Below, one piece after another: positions 41,173 through 52,948 of a stretch of 64,000 bases of DNA. The first letter of the stretch is position 1; each line of letters begins with the position of its first letter. The notes under the pieces are model-generated. The model saw only the letters and a list, made by a program, of their open reading frames with translations. It did not search any database and was not told where the DNA came from. The DNA comes from Trueperaceae bacterium. GTDB lineage: Bacteria; Deinococcota; Deinococci; Deinococcales; Trueperaceae. Where the stretch lies: positions 35,326-99,325 of the forward strand of contig DATFNF010000020.1 of NCBI GenBank assembly GCA_035266525.1, in the 5' to 3' direction. A program made the position numbers and the translations under genes.

Positions 41173-42243
41173 ATGGATGCTGCGCCGCAGGAGCCGGGCT
41201 GTCATCGAGAGCCGTGGGGCACCGTCGACGGTCGCGAGGCGTCCCTGTACACGCTGGTCAACGCCGCCGGCTTGCGGGCGCGCGTCAGCGACTTCGGCGC
41301 CACGTTGGTGGCGCTGGAGGTCCCCGACGCCGGCACCATGGTCGACGTGATCCTGGGCCTGGACGCGCTGGCGGGCAGCAACGGCGGCGGCTACGCCGGG
41401 AGCCAGCCCTACCTGGGGGCGGTCATCGGTCGCGTGGCGAACCGCATCGGCGGCGCCGCCTTCGAGCTCGACGGACGGCGCGTGCAGCTGCCCGCGAACG
41501 ACGGGGCGAATCACCTGCATGGCGGCCCGGCCGGTTTCCACCACCGCTGCTGGGCGGCCCAGGCCGTCGCGGACGCGGAGGCGCCGGGACTGGTCCTGAG
41601 CTACCTGTCGGAGGACGGCGAGGGCGGCTTCCCCGGCCGCGTGTGGGTGGCCGCACGGTACGCGCTGGGGCCGGGGCGGGAGCTGAGCTTGGAGCTGCGC
41701 GCCACCTGCGACGCCGTGACGCCGGTCAGCCTCACCCATCACCCCTACTTCAACCTGGCAGGGCATGCCTCCGGCAGCGTTCTCGATCACCGCCTCACCG
41801 TGTTCGGCGACCATTTCACAGCTACGGACGCCGGGCTCGTGCCCACCGGCGCGGTGCAGCCGGTGGCGGGCACGCCGTTCGACCTGCGCGCGGGCCGGAC
41901 GCTGGGCGACGCCGTGCGCGACGGGGCCCTGCCGGGCGGTTACGACGTGAACCTGCTGCTGACCGGCGCCGCGGGCACGCTGAGGCCGGTGGCGCGGCTC
42001 GAGGAGCCGGCGTCCGGCAGGCGCCTGGAGCTGTGGACGACGCAGCGCGCCCTGCAGATCTTCACGGCCGGCAGCCTGGACGGGTCCCTGGTGGGGAAGG
42101 GCGGCACGCCTTACGACCGCTTCGCTGGCGTCGCGCTGGAGGCGCAAGCCATCCCCAACGCCGTCAACCTGTCGCATCTTCCGCAGGTGTGGCTCCGCCC
42201 CGGCGAGGTCTACCGGGAGCGCATCGTCTACCGCTTCCTCTAG
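41173..42243 (+). CDS. galM: Aldose 1-epimerase (galactose mutarotase)
   Basis: Track ORF 41140..42243. Motifs GAVIGRVANRI, ANHLHGG and THHPYFNL. ATG 41173 has GGAGG 5 nt upstream. Confidence 0.85.
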   Translation: MDAAPQEPGCHREPWGTVDGREASLYTLVNAAGLRARVSDFGATLVALEVPDAGTMVDVILGLDALAGSNGGGYAGSQPYLGAVIGRVANRIGGAAFELDGRRVQLPANDGANHLHGGPAGFHHRCWAAQAVADAEAPGLVLSYLSEDGEGGFPGRVWVAARYALGPGRELSLELRATCDAVTPVSLTHHPYFNLAGHASGSVLDHRLTVFGDHFTATDAGLVPTGAVQPVAGTPFDLRAGRTLGDAVRDGALPGGYDVNLLLTGAAGTLRPVARLEEPASGRRLELWTTQRALQIFTAGSLDGSLVGKGGTPYDRFAGVALEAQAIPNAVNLSHLPQVWLRPGEVYRERIVYRFL

Positions 42244-42252
42244 CGGGGCCGG

Positions 42253-44630
<2,378 letters not shown>

Positions 44631-44634
<4 letters not shown>

Positions 44635-44957
44635 CGGGCCGCCTTCCCCACGCGCTCGGCGATCCGCTCCTCCGCCGCGGGCGTCGGCCCCTTCAACGCG
44701 TAGGCGTTCGGCCACATCTCGCCGTCGTCGAGCTCCGGCGCGCTCGCCTTGGCGATGGCATGGACGCGCTCCGCCATGGCGCGATCGGCGTCCTGCATCG
44801 CGGCGATCTCGGCCCGCACCTCACGCTCCGTGTCGCTGCCGCGCGAGCGCGGCAGCTCCCGGGCGCGTTCCTGGTCCGTGGATCCTTCCGCCCCCTCGCC
44901 GGCGGCGCTCGGGGCGGAACGCTGCCTGCGCGACGCGGCAGGCTCGTTGTCGGCCAT
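44631..44957 (-). CDS. Small conserved-looking protein, DUF1801/YdhG-like ends with an apparent internal deletion
   Basis: Track ORF, 108 aa. IAAMQDADRAMAERVHAIAKASAPEL and DDGEMWPNAYALKGPTPAAEERIAERVGKAA resemble the N- and C-terminal parts of an actinobacterial DUF1801 family as I recall it. The middle part seems to be missing. Confidence 0.45.
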
Positions 44958-45005
44958 GGCGTTCTCCTTCGCGTGGCCCGCCGTGCGGGCCGGGGATGGG
45001 GTGCG

Positions 45006-45425
45006 TCAGCGCACCTGCTGGATGCGGATGAGATTGCCGGCAGGGTCGCGGAAGGCGCAGTCGCGGACGCCGTACGGCTGCTGGGTCGGTTCCTGGACGA
45101 TCTCGGCATCGCCGGCCTGCAGCCGCTCGAAGACGCCGTCGAGGTCGGGGGTGGCCAGGTTGATGCTGGCGAACGTCCCCTTGGCCATCATCTCGGCGAT
45201 CGTGCGGCGTTCCTCGTCGGTGATGCCCGGCGTGGCGGCCGGCGGGTACAGCACGATGGACGTCCCGGGCTGGCCCTCGGGGCCGACGGTGATCCAGTGC
45301 ATCCCGCCGTACTCGACGTCGGCGCGGACCTCGAAGCCGAGGCTGTCGCGGTAGAAGGCCAGGGTGGCTTCCGGGTCGTTGTGCGGGAGCATGCTCGAGT
45401 GGATGGTGATGGTCATGCCGGTCAT
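45006..45425 (-). CDS. VOC-family protein (glyoxalase / bleomycin-resistance fold)
   Basis: In the frame of track ORF 45006..45689. MTGMTITIHSSMLPHNDPEATLAFYRDSLGFEV...CAFRDPAGNLIRIQQ. ATG 45425 overlaps the araC-type gene stop (ATGA). Confidence 0.85.
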   Translation of the reverse strand: MTGMTITIHSSMLPHNDPEATLAFYRDSLGFEVRADVEYGGMHWITVGPEGQPGTSIVLYPPAATPGITDEERRTIAEMMAKGTFASINLATPDLDGVFERLQAGDAEIVQEPTQQPYGVRDCAFRDPAGNLIRIQQVR

Positions 45426-45946
45426 TCTAGGGGCGGCTCGGGAGCCGGCGCTTCTCGATTCCTGATCGGCCCGCTGTCCGGCTGGCGCGCGGCGGCCCGG
45501 CGCGACTCGCCTTGCGAGCTGCCGCCGCGGCTGACCCGGGTCGGCCGGGTCACCTGCTTCGCCACGCACGGCGGCATCCCCGCGGTCGCGCGTGCCTCGC
45601 GGTCCCGGTAGGCGCTCGGCGACATCCCGACGAGCTCCTTGAAGCGCGTGCTGAAGCTCCCCAGCGACGCGCAGCCGACCTCGAAGCACACGTCGGTGAC
45701 GCCGAGGTCGCCGCGGCGCAGCAGCGCCATCGCCCGCTCGATGCGCCGCGTCATCAGGTAGCTGTAGGGCGACTCGCCGTAGGCGAGGCGGAACTGGCGG
45801 CTGAGGTGCCCGGCGGACATGTGCGCGTCCCGCGCGAGCGCCGCCACGTCCAACGGTTGCGCGTAGTCGCGGTCGATCCGGTCCCGAACGCGCCGCAACC
45901 GCGCGAGATCGCGCAGGCGCTGCGTTGCGTCCGGGTTGCCGGTCAT
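45422..45946 (-). CDS. AraC-family transcriptional regulator (short, HTH-only type)
   Basis: Track ORF. LDVAALARDAHMSAGHLSRQFRLAYGESPYSYLMTRRIERAMALL and VGCASLGSFSTRFKELVGMSP. Confidence 0.85.
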   Translation of the reverse strand: MTGNPDATQRLRDLARLRRVRDRIDRDYAQPLDVAALARDAHMSAGHLSRQFRLAYGESPYSYLMTRRIERAMALLRRGDLGVTDVCFEVGCASLGSFSTRFKELVGMSPSAYRDREARATAGMPPCVAKQVTRPTRVSRGGSSQGESRRAAARQPDSGPIRNREAPAPEPPLE

Positions 45947-46003
45947 GTCCGCGATCCTGCCACCTTCCCCCTGGGCCCGCTCGGGCCGGGATTACGACCC
46001 GCC

Positions 46004-46043
46004 CCGCCTCCGTTGCCCGCGCGACCGCGTGCCGCGGAGGCGG
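46004..46043 (-). terminator. Stem-loop downstream of the HD-GYP gene
   Basis: CCGCCTCCG (46004-46012) pairs with CGGAGGCGG (46035-46043), with a 22-nt loop. It lies about 28 nt beyond the stop codon. Confidence 0.3.
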
Positions 46044-46070
46044 CGTCGGGCGGAGCGATGCCGCTCCCGG

Positions 46071-47165
46071 TCAGAACGGCAGGTCGCTCTCCTCGAGCCG
46101 GGAGAGCTCGGTGGTGTTCTTGCCCTGCCGCAGGATGTTGACGAAGAGCTGCACCAGGGAGGGGTCGAGCTCGCGCCCGGACCGTGCCTCCAGGGCCTTC
46201 TCCACCTCGCGCATGGGCATGGCCTGGCCGCGCTCGCTGGAGAGGACGTCGAAGACGTCGGCGACGGCGACCACTCGAGCGAGGAGAGGGATCTGCTCCT
46301 TGCGCAGCCCCGCCGGGAACCCGGTTCCGTCCCAGTTCTCGTGGTGGCTGCGGATGCCGTCGGCCGCCGGCCGCAGCAGGGCGGCCGACGCGACGAGATT
46401 GGCGCCGCGCTGGGGGTGCTCCATGTCCTCGATGGAGAGGTCCAGGCCGGCGCCCAGCTTGCCGATGTCGTGGAGCATGGCGGCGAAGTAGAGGTCGACC
46501 ATCTCCTGGTTGCTGAGCTCGAGCGCCCGACCCACCGCCTGGGCATAGGCGGTGACGCGCTCGGCGTGGCCGAGCTGGGCGAAGTCCTGGGCCTCCATCG
46601 CCTGCACGAAGGCGCGGGTGAACTCCACCAGGCTCAGCTTGGTGCGCCTGAGCTCCACGGCCTGGCTCTGCGCCTCGCCCAGGATGCCGCCCCAGTGGGC
46701 GATACCCCGGAGCTCGTCGTCGGCGAACACGCTTCCCGCGTGGCGGTGCAGCACGAGCGAGCCGTGGCGGTAGAAGCGCCCCTCCACCGGAACCACCACG
46801 GTGCTGACGGCGTTGCGCAGGCCGAGCTCGCCGAGGGCGGCCCTCAGCTCGGCGGTGTTGGGCTGGAACAGCTCCGCTACCAGGTTGCCCACCACACGGG
46901 GCCCGGGCTCCCGCCACGGGCCGTGCTCCGGCGTGAGCGCGAGCATCGACTGGCTGTAGCCCTGGACCGCCTCGAAGGCGTACTTGCCGCGGTCGGTGCC
47001 CCGCACCACGTAACCGCGGACGTCGCCCGGGAGCGTCTTCACCAGCGCGCGGAGGACCTCCGCGCTGCGCTCGTCCGAGCGCACGTGATGGAGCAACCGT
47101 TCGACAGCGGCCAGGATGTCCGGCCCGCCCTCGGTCTCCGAGCTCGCGAAGAGGCGTCTGAACAC
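46071..47165 (-). CDS. HD-GYP domain protein (probable c-di-GMP phosphodiesterase) with N-terminal sensory region
   Basis: Track ORF. Motifs HAERV, AAMLHDIGK and HHENWDGTGFP (GFP in place of GYP). GTG start is preceded by GAGAGGA. Confidence 0.82.
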   Translation of the reverse strand: MFRRLFASSETEGGPDILAAVERLLHHVRSDERSAEVLRALVKTLPGDVRGYVVRGTDRGKYAFEAVQGYSQSMLALTPEHGPWREPGPRVVGNLVAELFQPNTAELRAALGELGLRNAVSTVVVPVEGRFYRHGSLVLHRHAGSVFADDELRGIAHWGGILGEAQSQAVELRRTKLSLVEFTRAFVQAMEAQDFAQLGHAERVTAYAQAVGRALELSNQEMVDLYFAAMLHDIGKLGAGLDLSIEDMEHPQRGANLVASAALLRPAADGIRSHHENWDGTGFPAGLRKEQIPLLARVVAVADVFDVLSSERGQAMPMREVEKALEARSGRELDPSLVQLFVNILRQGKNTTELSRLEESDLPF

Positions 47166-47314
47166 GTCGTCCTCTCAGGCGGGCGCAACCGGCCCCCGCA
47201 CGCCCGGAGTGTACTCCTGGCGGGCACGGGTGAGCTAAGGAAATGGTTACACCGGGCGCGCGGGGCGCCCGGCCGTGCCCGTCGCCTCCCGTAAGCTCGG
47301 GGAAGGGAGGCTCC

Positions 47315-49792
47315 ATGGATGATACCGAGGTGTTCGCCGAGCCGCCGCGTGGGCCCGGAGCCCTGCGCGAGCTGATCACGGAGGAGCGGGCGGTGGAGGC
47401 CGTCTTCGAGGCCGCCCGCACGCGGGCGGAGTCGGTGGCCGAGGGGATCGCGCGCGTCCGCATCGCCGAGGGCGGCTTCGCGCCGTCGCGTTCCTGGGAC
47501 GTGCTGCAGCCGTTGCCCCCGGACCACGGCGCGAGCGTCAGGCAGGACGCCGGCGGCACCGTCCTCGATCTCGGGGGCATGCGCGTGGCCTTGAGCGGCG
47601 AGGGCCGCCTGCGGGTGGAGGGGCGTCGGGCGGGGGTGTGGCTCGAGCAGGTCGGGCCCCCCGTCTGGGGCCGGGCGCGCCCGGAGACGCTGGGGATCCG
47701 CCTGCGGCAGGGCGATGCCCTTCCGCCGGGACGGGACGGCGTGCTCGCGAGGCTGCAGCTCGCGCTCGACCCCGCCGATCGGCTGTGGGGCTTCGGGCAG
47801 CGCACCGGCGGTCTCGACCGGCGCGGCCGCCGCCTCACCAACTGGACGTCGGACAGCTTCGGGGTCCACCATCACCGCGGCAGCGACAACCTCTACCAGG
47901 CCCAGCCGGTCTTCCTCGCCGTGCAGGCCGGGCGCGCCTTCGGCGCCTTCCTGCACGTCAGCCACCTCAGCCGGCTCGATGCCGGCTACACGAACCCCGA
48001 CCGGCTCGGGATCGACGCGCTCGGCGGGGAGATCGACCTGTTCCTGTTCGCCGGGCCGACGCCGGCGGCGGTGGTGGAGCAGCTCACGCGCCTCACCGGG
48101 CGTCCGCTCCTGCCCCCGCACTGGGCGCTGGGCTTCCACCAGTCGCGCTGGGGCTACGATCGCGCCGAGCAGGTGCTGGCGGTGGTGGACGGCTTCCGCG
48201 ACCGGGACCTCCCTCTCGACGCGGTCCACCTGGACATCGACTACATGCGCGGCTTCCGGAGCTTCACCTGGGATCCGGTGCGGTTCCCGGACCCGCGAGG
48301 CTTCTGCACGGCCGTCCACGAGCGCGGCGCGCGCGTCGTGGCCATCATCGACCCCGGTATCAAGGACGACCCCGGCTCGGGCTACCGTGCCGCGGACGAG
48401 GCGCTGACCGGCGCTCACGTGTTGCGCAACGCCGACGGCTCGCCGTTCCGCGGCTACGTGTGGCCGGACCGGGCCCTGTTCCCGGACTTCGCCCGGGCGG
48501 AGGTGCGCGCCTGGTGGGGGGAGATGCACCGCGAGAGCCTCGTGGAGGCGGGCGTGGACGGGGTGTGGAACGACATGAACGAGCCCACCGCCTTCGACGC
48601 CCCGTTCTCCAGCGGCCAGGCCCGGGACCGGCCGTTCCCGCTCGCGCTCCGCCACGGCGCCGAGGATGAGCGCGCCAGCCATCTGGAGGTCCGCAACCTC
48701 TACGGCACCCTGGAGGGTCGGGCCACCTTCGAGGCGCTGGCGCGCCTGCGACCGGAGCGCCGCCCCTGGGTGCTGACGCGCTCCGCCGGGGTCGGCAGCC
48801 AACGCACCTGCGCCACCTGGATGGGGGACAACGACAGCTGGTGGGAGCACCTGGCCATGAGCGTGCCGCAGCTGCTCTCGATGGGGCTCTCGGGCTCGCC
48901 GCATGCCGGCGTGGACATCGGCGGCTTCTTCGAGAACGCGGGCGCCGAGCTGTTCGCCCGTTGGATGGAGCTGGGCGCCTTCTACCCGTTCATGCGGGAC
49001 CACACCGCGCAGGGCACCCGTGCCCAGGAGCCCTGGGCCTTCGGGGCCGAGGTCGAGACGCTGGCGAGGCAGGCGCTCGAGCTGCGCTACCGGTTGCTTC
49101 CCTACCTGGTTACGCTGGCGCACGAAGCCGCCGCTACCGGCGCGCCGCTGATGCGTGCCCTCGGCTACGCCTTCCCCGACGTGGAGGCCACCCTGGACGA
49201 GGAGGACGCCTTCCTGCTGGGCCCGTGGCTGCTGGTGGCGCCCGCCACCCGACCCCGGCAGCGCTGGCGCGCCGTCACGCTGCCGCCGGGCGCCTGGCGC
49301 GACTTCTGGAGCGGGCGCGAGGTCGTCCCGGAACGGCGCGACGAGGCCCGCCCGGCGTTGCTGCCGACCCCGCCCGGCCGGCCGCCCCTGCTGCTGCGCC
49401 AGGGGGCGCTGCTGCCGCTGGGAGACGTCCGCCGCAGCACCGCCACGCCCGTCTCCGAGCTGCGCCTGGTGGTGACGCCCGCGACCGCCAGCCGGTACCG
49501 GCTGGTGGAGGACGACGGCCTCTCACCTGACGCCGACGGGGCGGGCACCGCGGTCACGGAGATGGCGCTCGATCGTGACGAGGGCGCCTTACGGCTCGAG
49601 CTGCAGGCGCGCGCCGGCGGCTTCCTGCCCGCGCCCCGGACCTTCACGGTCGAGCTGCGCCTCGACCGTCCGCCGGACCGTGTGGTCCTCGATGGGGCCG
49701 ATGTGTCGGCCGCGTGGGACGGCGAGCGGCACGCCGCCAGCGTCTCGTGGCCCGACGACGGCGCCGGCCACGAGCTGCTGGTGAGCGACTGA
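47315..49792 (+). CDS. Glycoside hydrolase family 31 (alpha-glucosidase / alpha-xylosidase type)
   Basis: Track ORF 47243..49792. Nucleophile motif GVWNDMNEP, and WMGDNDSWWEHL. ATG 47315 has GGGAGG 4 nt upstream. Confidence 0.88.
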   Translation: MDDTEVFAEPPRGPGALRELITEERAVEAVFEAARTRAESVAEGIARVRIAEGGFAPSRSWDVLQPLPPDHGASVRQDAGGTVLDLGGMRVALSGEGRLRVEGRRAGVWLEQVGPPVWGRARPETLGIRLRQGDALPPGRDGVLARLQLALDPADRLWGFGQRTGGLDRRGRRLTNWTSDSFGVHHHRGSDNLYQAQPVFLAVQAGRAFGAFLHVSHLSRLDAGYTNPDRLGIDALGGEIDLFLFAGPTPAAVVEQLTRLTGRPLLPPHWALGFHQSRWGYDRAEQVLAVVDGFRDRDLPLDAVHLDIDYMRGFRSFTWDPVRFPDPRGFCTAVHERGARVVAIIDPGIKDDPGSGYRAADEALTGAHVLRNADGSPFRGYVWPDRALFPDFARAEVRAWWGEMHRESLVEAGVDGVWNDMNEPTAFDAPFSSGQARDRPFPLALRHGAEDERASHLEVRNLYGTLEGRATFEALARLRPERRPWVLTRSAGVGSQRTCATWMGDNDSWWEHLAMSVPQLLSMGLSGSPHAGVDIGGFFENAGAELFARWMELGAFYPFMRDHTAQGTRAQEPWAFGAEVETLARQALELRYRLLPYLVTLAHEAAATGAPLMRALGYAFPDVEATLDEEDAFLLGPWLLVAPATRPRQRWRAVTLPPGAWRDFWSGREVVPERRDEARPALLPTPPGRPPLLLRQGALLPLGDVRRSTATPVSELRLVVTPATASRYRLVEDDGLSPDADGAGTAVTEMALDRDEGALRLELQARAGGFLPAPRTFTVELRLDRPPDRVVLDGADVSAAWDGERHAASVSWPDDGAGHELLVSD

Positions 49793-49922
49793 GCCGCCGG
49801 CCCCAGCGGGAGCGGCGGGGGCGCACCGCGCAGGCGAACAGGGCGGGAGCGGGGCCCGGTCGCGACGAACGCCGGGAAGGCGTACCCTGGAGGCAGCTGG
49901 AGGCACCCCCGTCGCAGGAGGG

Positions 49923-51443
49923 ATGATGCACCGACGCCCTCGCGTCCTCCTCGTTCCCGTCGTCTCGTTGACGTTGATGTGGCTCCTCGCCGGCTGCCTG
50001 CCGATCCCGCGGCTGCAGGGGCACCTGGAGCTTCCCACCCCCCGCTACCGGATGGCGCCGGATGCCGTCCTGAGCGATTACTTCCCGGTGCCCGGCGCGC
50101 GCGAGCCGCATACCCCGACGAATCTCGACGCCAGCTACGTCCTGCGCCTCCGCGCGGACGAGCCGGCCCGCGCGGTCCTGGTGCTGGTACCCGGCCTGTT
50201 CGGCGGTGCCGGCAGCCTGGAGGTCCTGGGGCGACAGCTGGTCGCGGCGACCCCCGGTCTCCAGGTGTGGCTCTGGGACCGCCGATCCAACGCGCTCGAG
50301 GACCACGAGGGCTTCGCGCTGGCACGGGCCAGCGACGACCCCGACGTGGCGCTGCGCTACTACCTGGGCACGGCGGGCGTGCCGCCGCGCTACCATCCGC
50401 CGAAGCCCGCGGACATCCGCTTCATGGCCTACTGGGGACTGCAGGTTCATCTCGAGGACCTGGCGGCGGTCATCGAGCGCGCCCACCGCACGGCCGCCAC
50501 CGTCTATCTCGGCGGGCACTCGCTGGGCGCCAGTCTGGTCGCGCTCTACGCGGCCTACATCCTCCCCGACGGCCGCCCCGGCGCCGACACCATCGCGGGC
50601 CTGGTCCTGCTCGACGGCGCTCCCGGCCGCACCGGCACCTTCGCGCTCGCCGACGCCGTCGAGGGCCGCAGCCTGTTCGGCTACCCGCTGGTGCCGTCCC
50701 TGCCGGATCTGCTCTCGGGCAAGGCCGTGCCCTACCTGGGCCCGGGCGTGGTGCCGCAGCACATCGTGCGGTCGGACGTGATCGCCACGCTGGCGCGGAT
50801 GCGTCCGGACGCCCTGGCGCCGCGGCGCCTGGTCGACTATCCCATCACCGACTTCGCGCTGGCGGGCGTCGATGCCGACGACACCTACTCGGTGCTACCG
50901 ACCTTCACCCCGCAGCTCGGCGAGGCGGTCGGCGCACGCTTCTCCGGCTTCATCGTGCCGTTCCTGCTGGAGGGAAGCTACGGCGCCCGCAGCCGCAGCG
51001 TGGTGGGGGTCGCACCGGGCGTCCGCGCGGTCACCTGGTCGCCCGGCGACCCGCCGCAGCCGACCGACCTGTCGACCTACATCCGCAGCGTCACCGGGGC
51101 GTACACCGACCGCAGCGAGTGGTACTTCCCGGCCCGGTTGCTGATCGACATCTCGCGGCTGGACGTGGGCCTGGAGCACGCCGCGGGCTTCGAGCCGACC
51201 GCCGACGTGCGGGTTCCCACGCTGGCGGTCGGGGCCGGCAAGGGGATGATCCGCAACCTCGACGGCTTCGCGGCTTACAGCGACGCGCGGCTGGGGTCGC
51301 CGATCGCCAGCTACGTGGTGCCGGGGCTCACCCACATCGACCTGGTGACGGCGCGGGCCGCCCCGGTGGTGACGCTGTTCCAGCGCTGGTCCGGGCTGCC
51401 GGCCGCGGCCGTGGGGGTCGCCGCGCGCCGACGCGGCGGGTGA
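49923..51443 (+). CDS. Alpha/beta-hydrolase lipoprotein
   Basis: Track ORF. Lipobox LLAGC after a hydrophobic signal peptide. Nucleophile elbow GGHSLGAS. Confidence 0.7.
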   Translation: MMHRRPRVLLVPVVSLTLMWLLAGCLPIPRLQGHLELPTPRYRMAPDAVLSDYFPVPGAREPHTPTNLDASYVLRLRADEPARAVLVLVPGLFGGAGSLEVLGRQLVAATPGLQVWLWDRRSNALEDHEGFALARASDDPDVALRYYLGTAGVPPRYHPPKPADIRFMAYWGLQVHLEDLAAVIERAHRTAATVYLGGHSLGASLVALYAAYILPDGRPGADTIAGLVLLDGAPGRTGTFALADAVEGRSLFGYPLVPSLPDLLSGKAVPYLGPGVVPQHIVRSDVIATLARMRPDALAPRRLVDYPITDFALAGVDADDTYSVLPTFTPQLGEAVGARFSGFIVPFLLEGSYGARSRSVVGVAPGVRAVTWSPGDPPQPTDLSTYIRSVTGAYTDRSEWYFPARLLIDISRLDVGLEHAAGFEPTADVRVPTLAVGAGKGMIRNLDGFAAYSDARLGSPIASYVVPGLTHIDLVTARAAPVVTLFQRWSGLPAAAVGVAARRRGG

Positions 51444-51473
51444 TGCCGACCGTTGCCCGCCTGGACGAGCGCC

Positions 51474-52784
51474 TCAGGCGATCGCGGCCAGCGCCTGCGC
51501 CAGCCGCCCGCAGCCGTCGTCGATCTCCTTGGCGTCCACGTCGAGATGCGGCGCGATACGGATGACGTTGTTGTGGAGGCCGCCTTTGCCGATGAGCAGA
51601 CCGCGCTCCCGCGCGGCGGCGAGCAGGGCGTCGGCGCGGGCGGCATCCGGCGCCTTGCTGCCGTCCGGCACCACGATCTCCAGCCCCTGCATGAGCCCCA
51701 TGCCGCGCACCTCGCCCACGAAGCCGTGCGCCTCGCAGGCCTCCTCGAGCCGCATGCGCAGGCGCAGGCCCTGGCGGTGGGCGTTGTCCGGCAGGTTCTC
51801 ACGCTCGATGATCTCGATCGTGGCCAGCGCCGCGGCCATGCTCACCGGGTTGCCGCCGAAGGTCGAGAAGGTGGTGCCGGTCATGGCGTCTGCCACCTCC
51901 GGCGTGGCGACGGTGCAGCCGATGGGCGCCCCGTTGGCCATCCCCTTGGCGAACGTCATGATGTCCGGTGTCACGCCCCAGTGCTCGACGGCGCACATCG
52001 TCCCGCCGGTGCGGCCCCACCCCGTCTGCACCTCGTCGATGATGAGGAGGCCTCCCGCTTCGCGGACCAGCGGCTCGATGCGGCGCAGGTAGTCGCGCGG
52101 GAGCACCACGAAGCCGCCCACGCCCTGGATGGGCTCGGCCATGAAGGCGGCGATCCGCCCGTCGGTCACCGTCGCCAGCGTCTCTTCCAGGTCCTGGACG
52201 CACAGGTCGACGAGGCGCTCCTCGTCCAGGCCGACGGGCGCGCGGTAAGCGTAGGGGCTGCGCACGTGTCTGACGTCGCCGTCGAAGGTCCCGCCCAGCC
52301 GCCAGGGGCCGTGCGCGGTGAGGCTCATCGCCTCCATGGTGCGCCCCGAGTAGGCGTGGCGGAGCGTGACCACGGTGCGATTCCCGGTGGCCATGCGGGC
52401 GGCGGTGACCGCCGTCTCGTTCGCCTCGCTGCCGCTCGAGGTGAAGAAGCACTTCTGCAGCCGCCCGGGCGTGATGGCGGCGACCTTCTCGGCCAGGCGG
52501 GCCATGACCTCGTTGACGTACAGGGTCGAGGTGTGCTGGACGCGGTGGAGCTGCTCGCCGACGCGGCGCGTCACCTCGTCGTTGCAGTGCCCGACCGACA
52601 CCGTGAGCACGCCGCCGAAGAAGTCGAGATAGGCGTTCCCTTCCACGTCCCAGACGGTGTGCCCCTTGGCGCGGTCGACGATCAGGGGGTGGTCGGCGTA
52701 ATAGGGGTGGACGGCGGGGAAGAGGTACCGCTCCTGGAGCGCGAGGACCTCTTGGGACTGCGTTCGCTGGGGGATCACGGCCAC
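51474..52784 (-). CDS. Class III (omega-type) pyridoxal-phosphate aminotransferase
   Basis: Track ORF, 436 aa. Motifs SGSEANE, IDEVQTGWGRTG and TFAKGMANG (PLP lysine). Confidence 0.88.
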   Translation of the reverse strand: MAVIPQRTQSQEVLALQERYLFPAVHPYYADHPLIVDRAKGHTVWDVEGNAYLDFFGGVLTVSVGHCNDEVTRRVGEQLHRVQHTSTLYVNEVMARLAEKVAAITPGRLQKCFFTSSGSEANETAVTAARMATGNRTVVTLRHAYSGRTMEAMSLTAHGPWRLGGTFDGDVRHVRSPYAYRAPVGLDEERLVDLCVQDLEETLATVTDGRIAAFMAEPIQGVGGFVVLPRDYLRRIEPLVREAGGLLIIDEVQTGWGRTGGTMCAVEHWGVTPDIMTFAKGMANGAPIGCTVATPEVADAMTGTTFSTFGGNPVSMAAALATIEIIERENLPDNAHRQGLRLRMRLEEACEAHGFVGEVRGMGLMQGLEIVVPDGSKAPDAARADALLAAARERGLLIGKGGLHNNVIRIAPHLDVDAKEIDDGCGRLAQALAAIA

Positions 52785-52935
52785 CTCCGAGGGCTCCGGA
52801 CGTCCTGGCCGAGAGGCGGAAGCGCTGACCGCACGCCCTCGCGATGCGGGCGTCCAGGCGGTTCTCGGAGCGCGTGCTGGCGGTCAGTCTAGCACCGCGT
52901 GGCCGGCGCCGGTCCTGCGGCGCCCGCCCCTCACG

Positions 52936-52941
52936 TAGACT
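52936..52941 (+). promoter_or_regulatory. Candidate -10 box TAGACT for serS (leaderless geometry)
   Basis: CACGTAGACTGGTACGC followed by ATG 52949, with a 7-nt gap and no SD. Confidence 0.4.
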
Positions 52942-52948
52942 GGTACGC

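Noticed and set aside
52785-52948. Possible T-box leader upstream of serS (TGGTAC resembles part of the T-box core).
   Set aside because: The region is only 164 nt and is shared with a divergent gene. The TGGTAC lies directly against the start codon inside a -10/leaderless arrangement. No specifier loop or terminator/antiterminator pair is visible.
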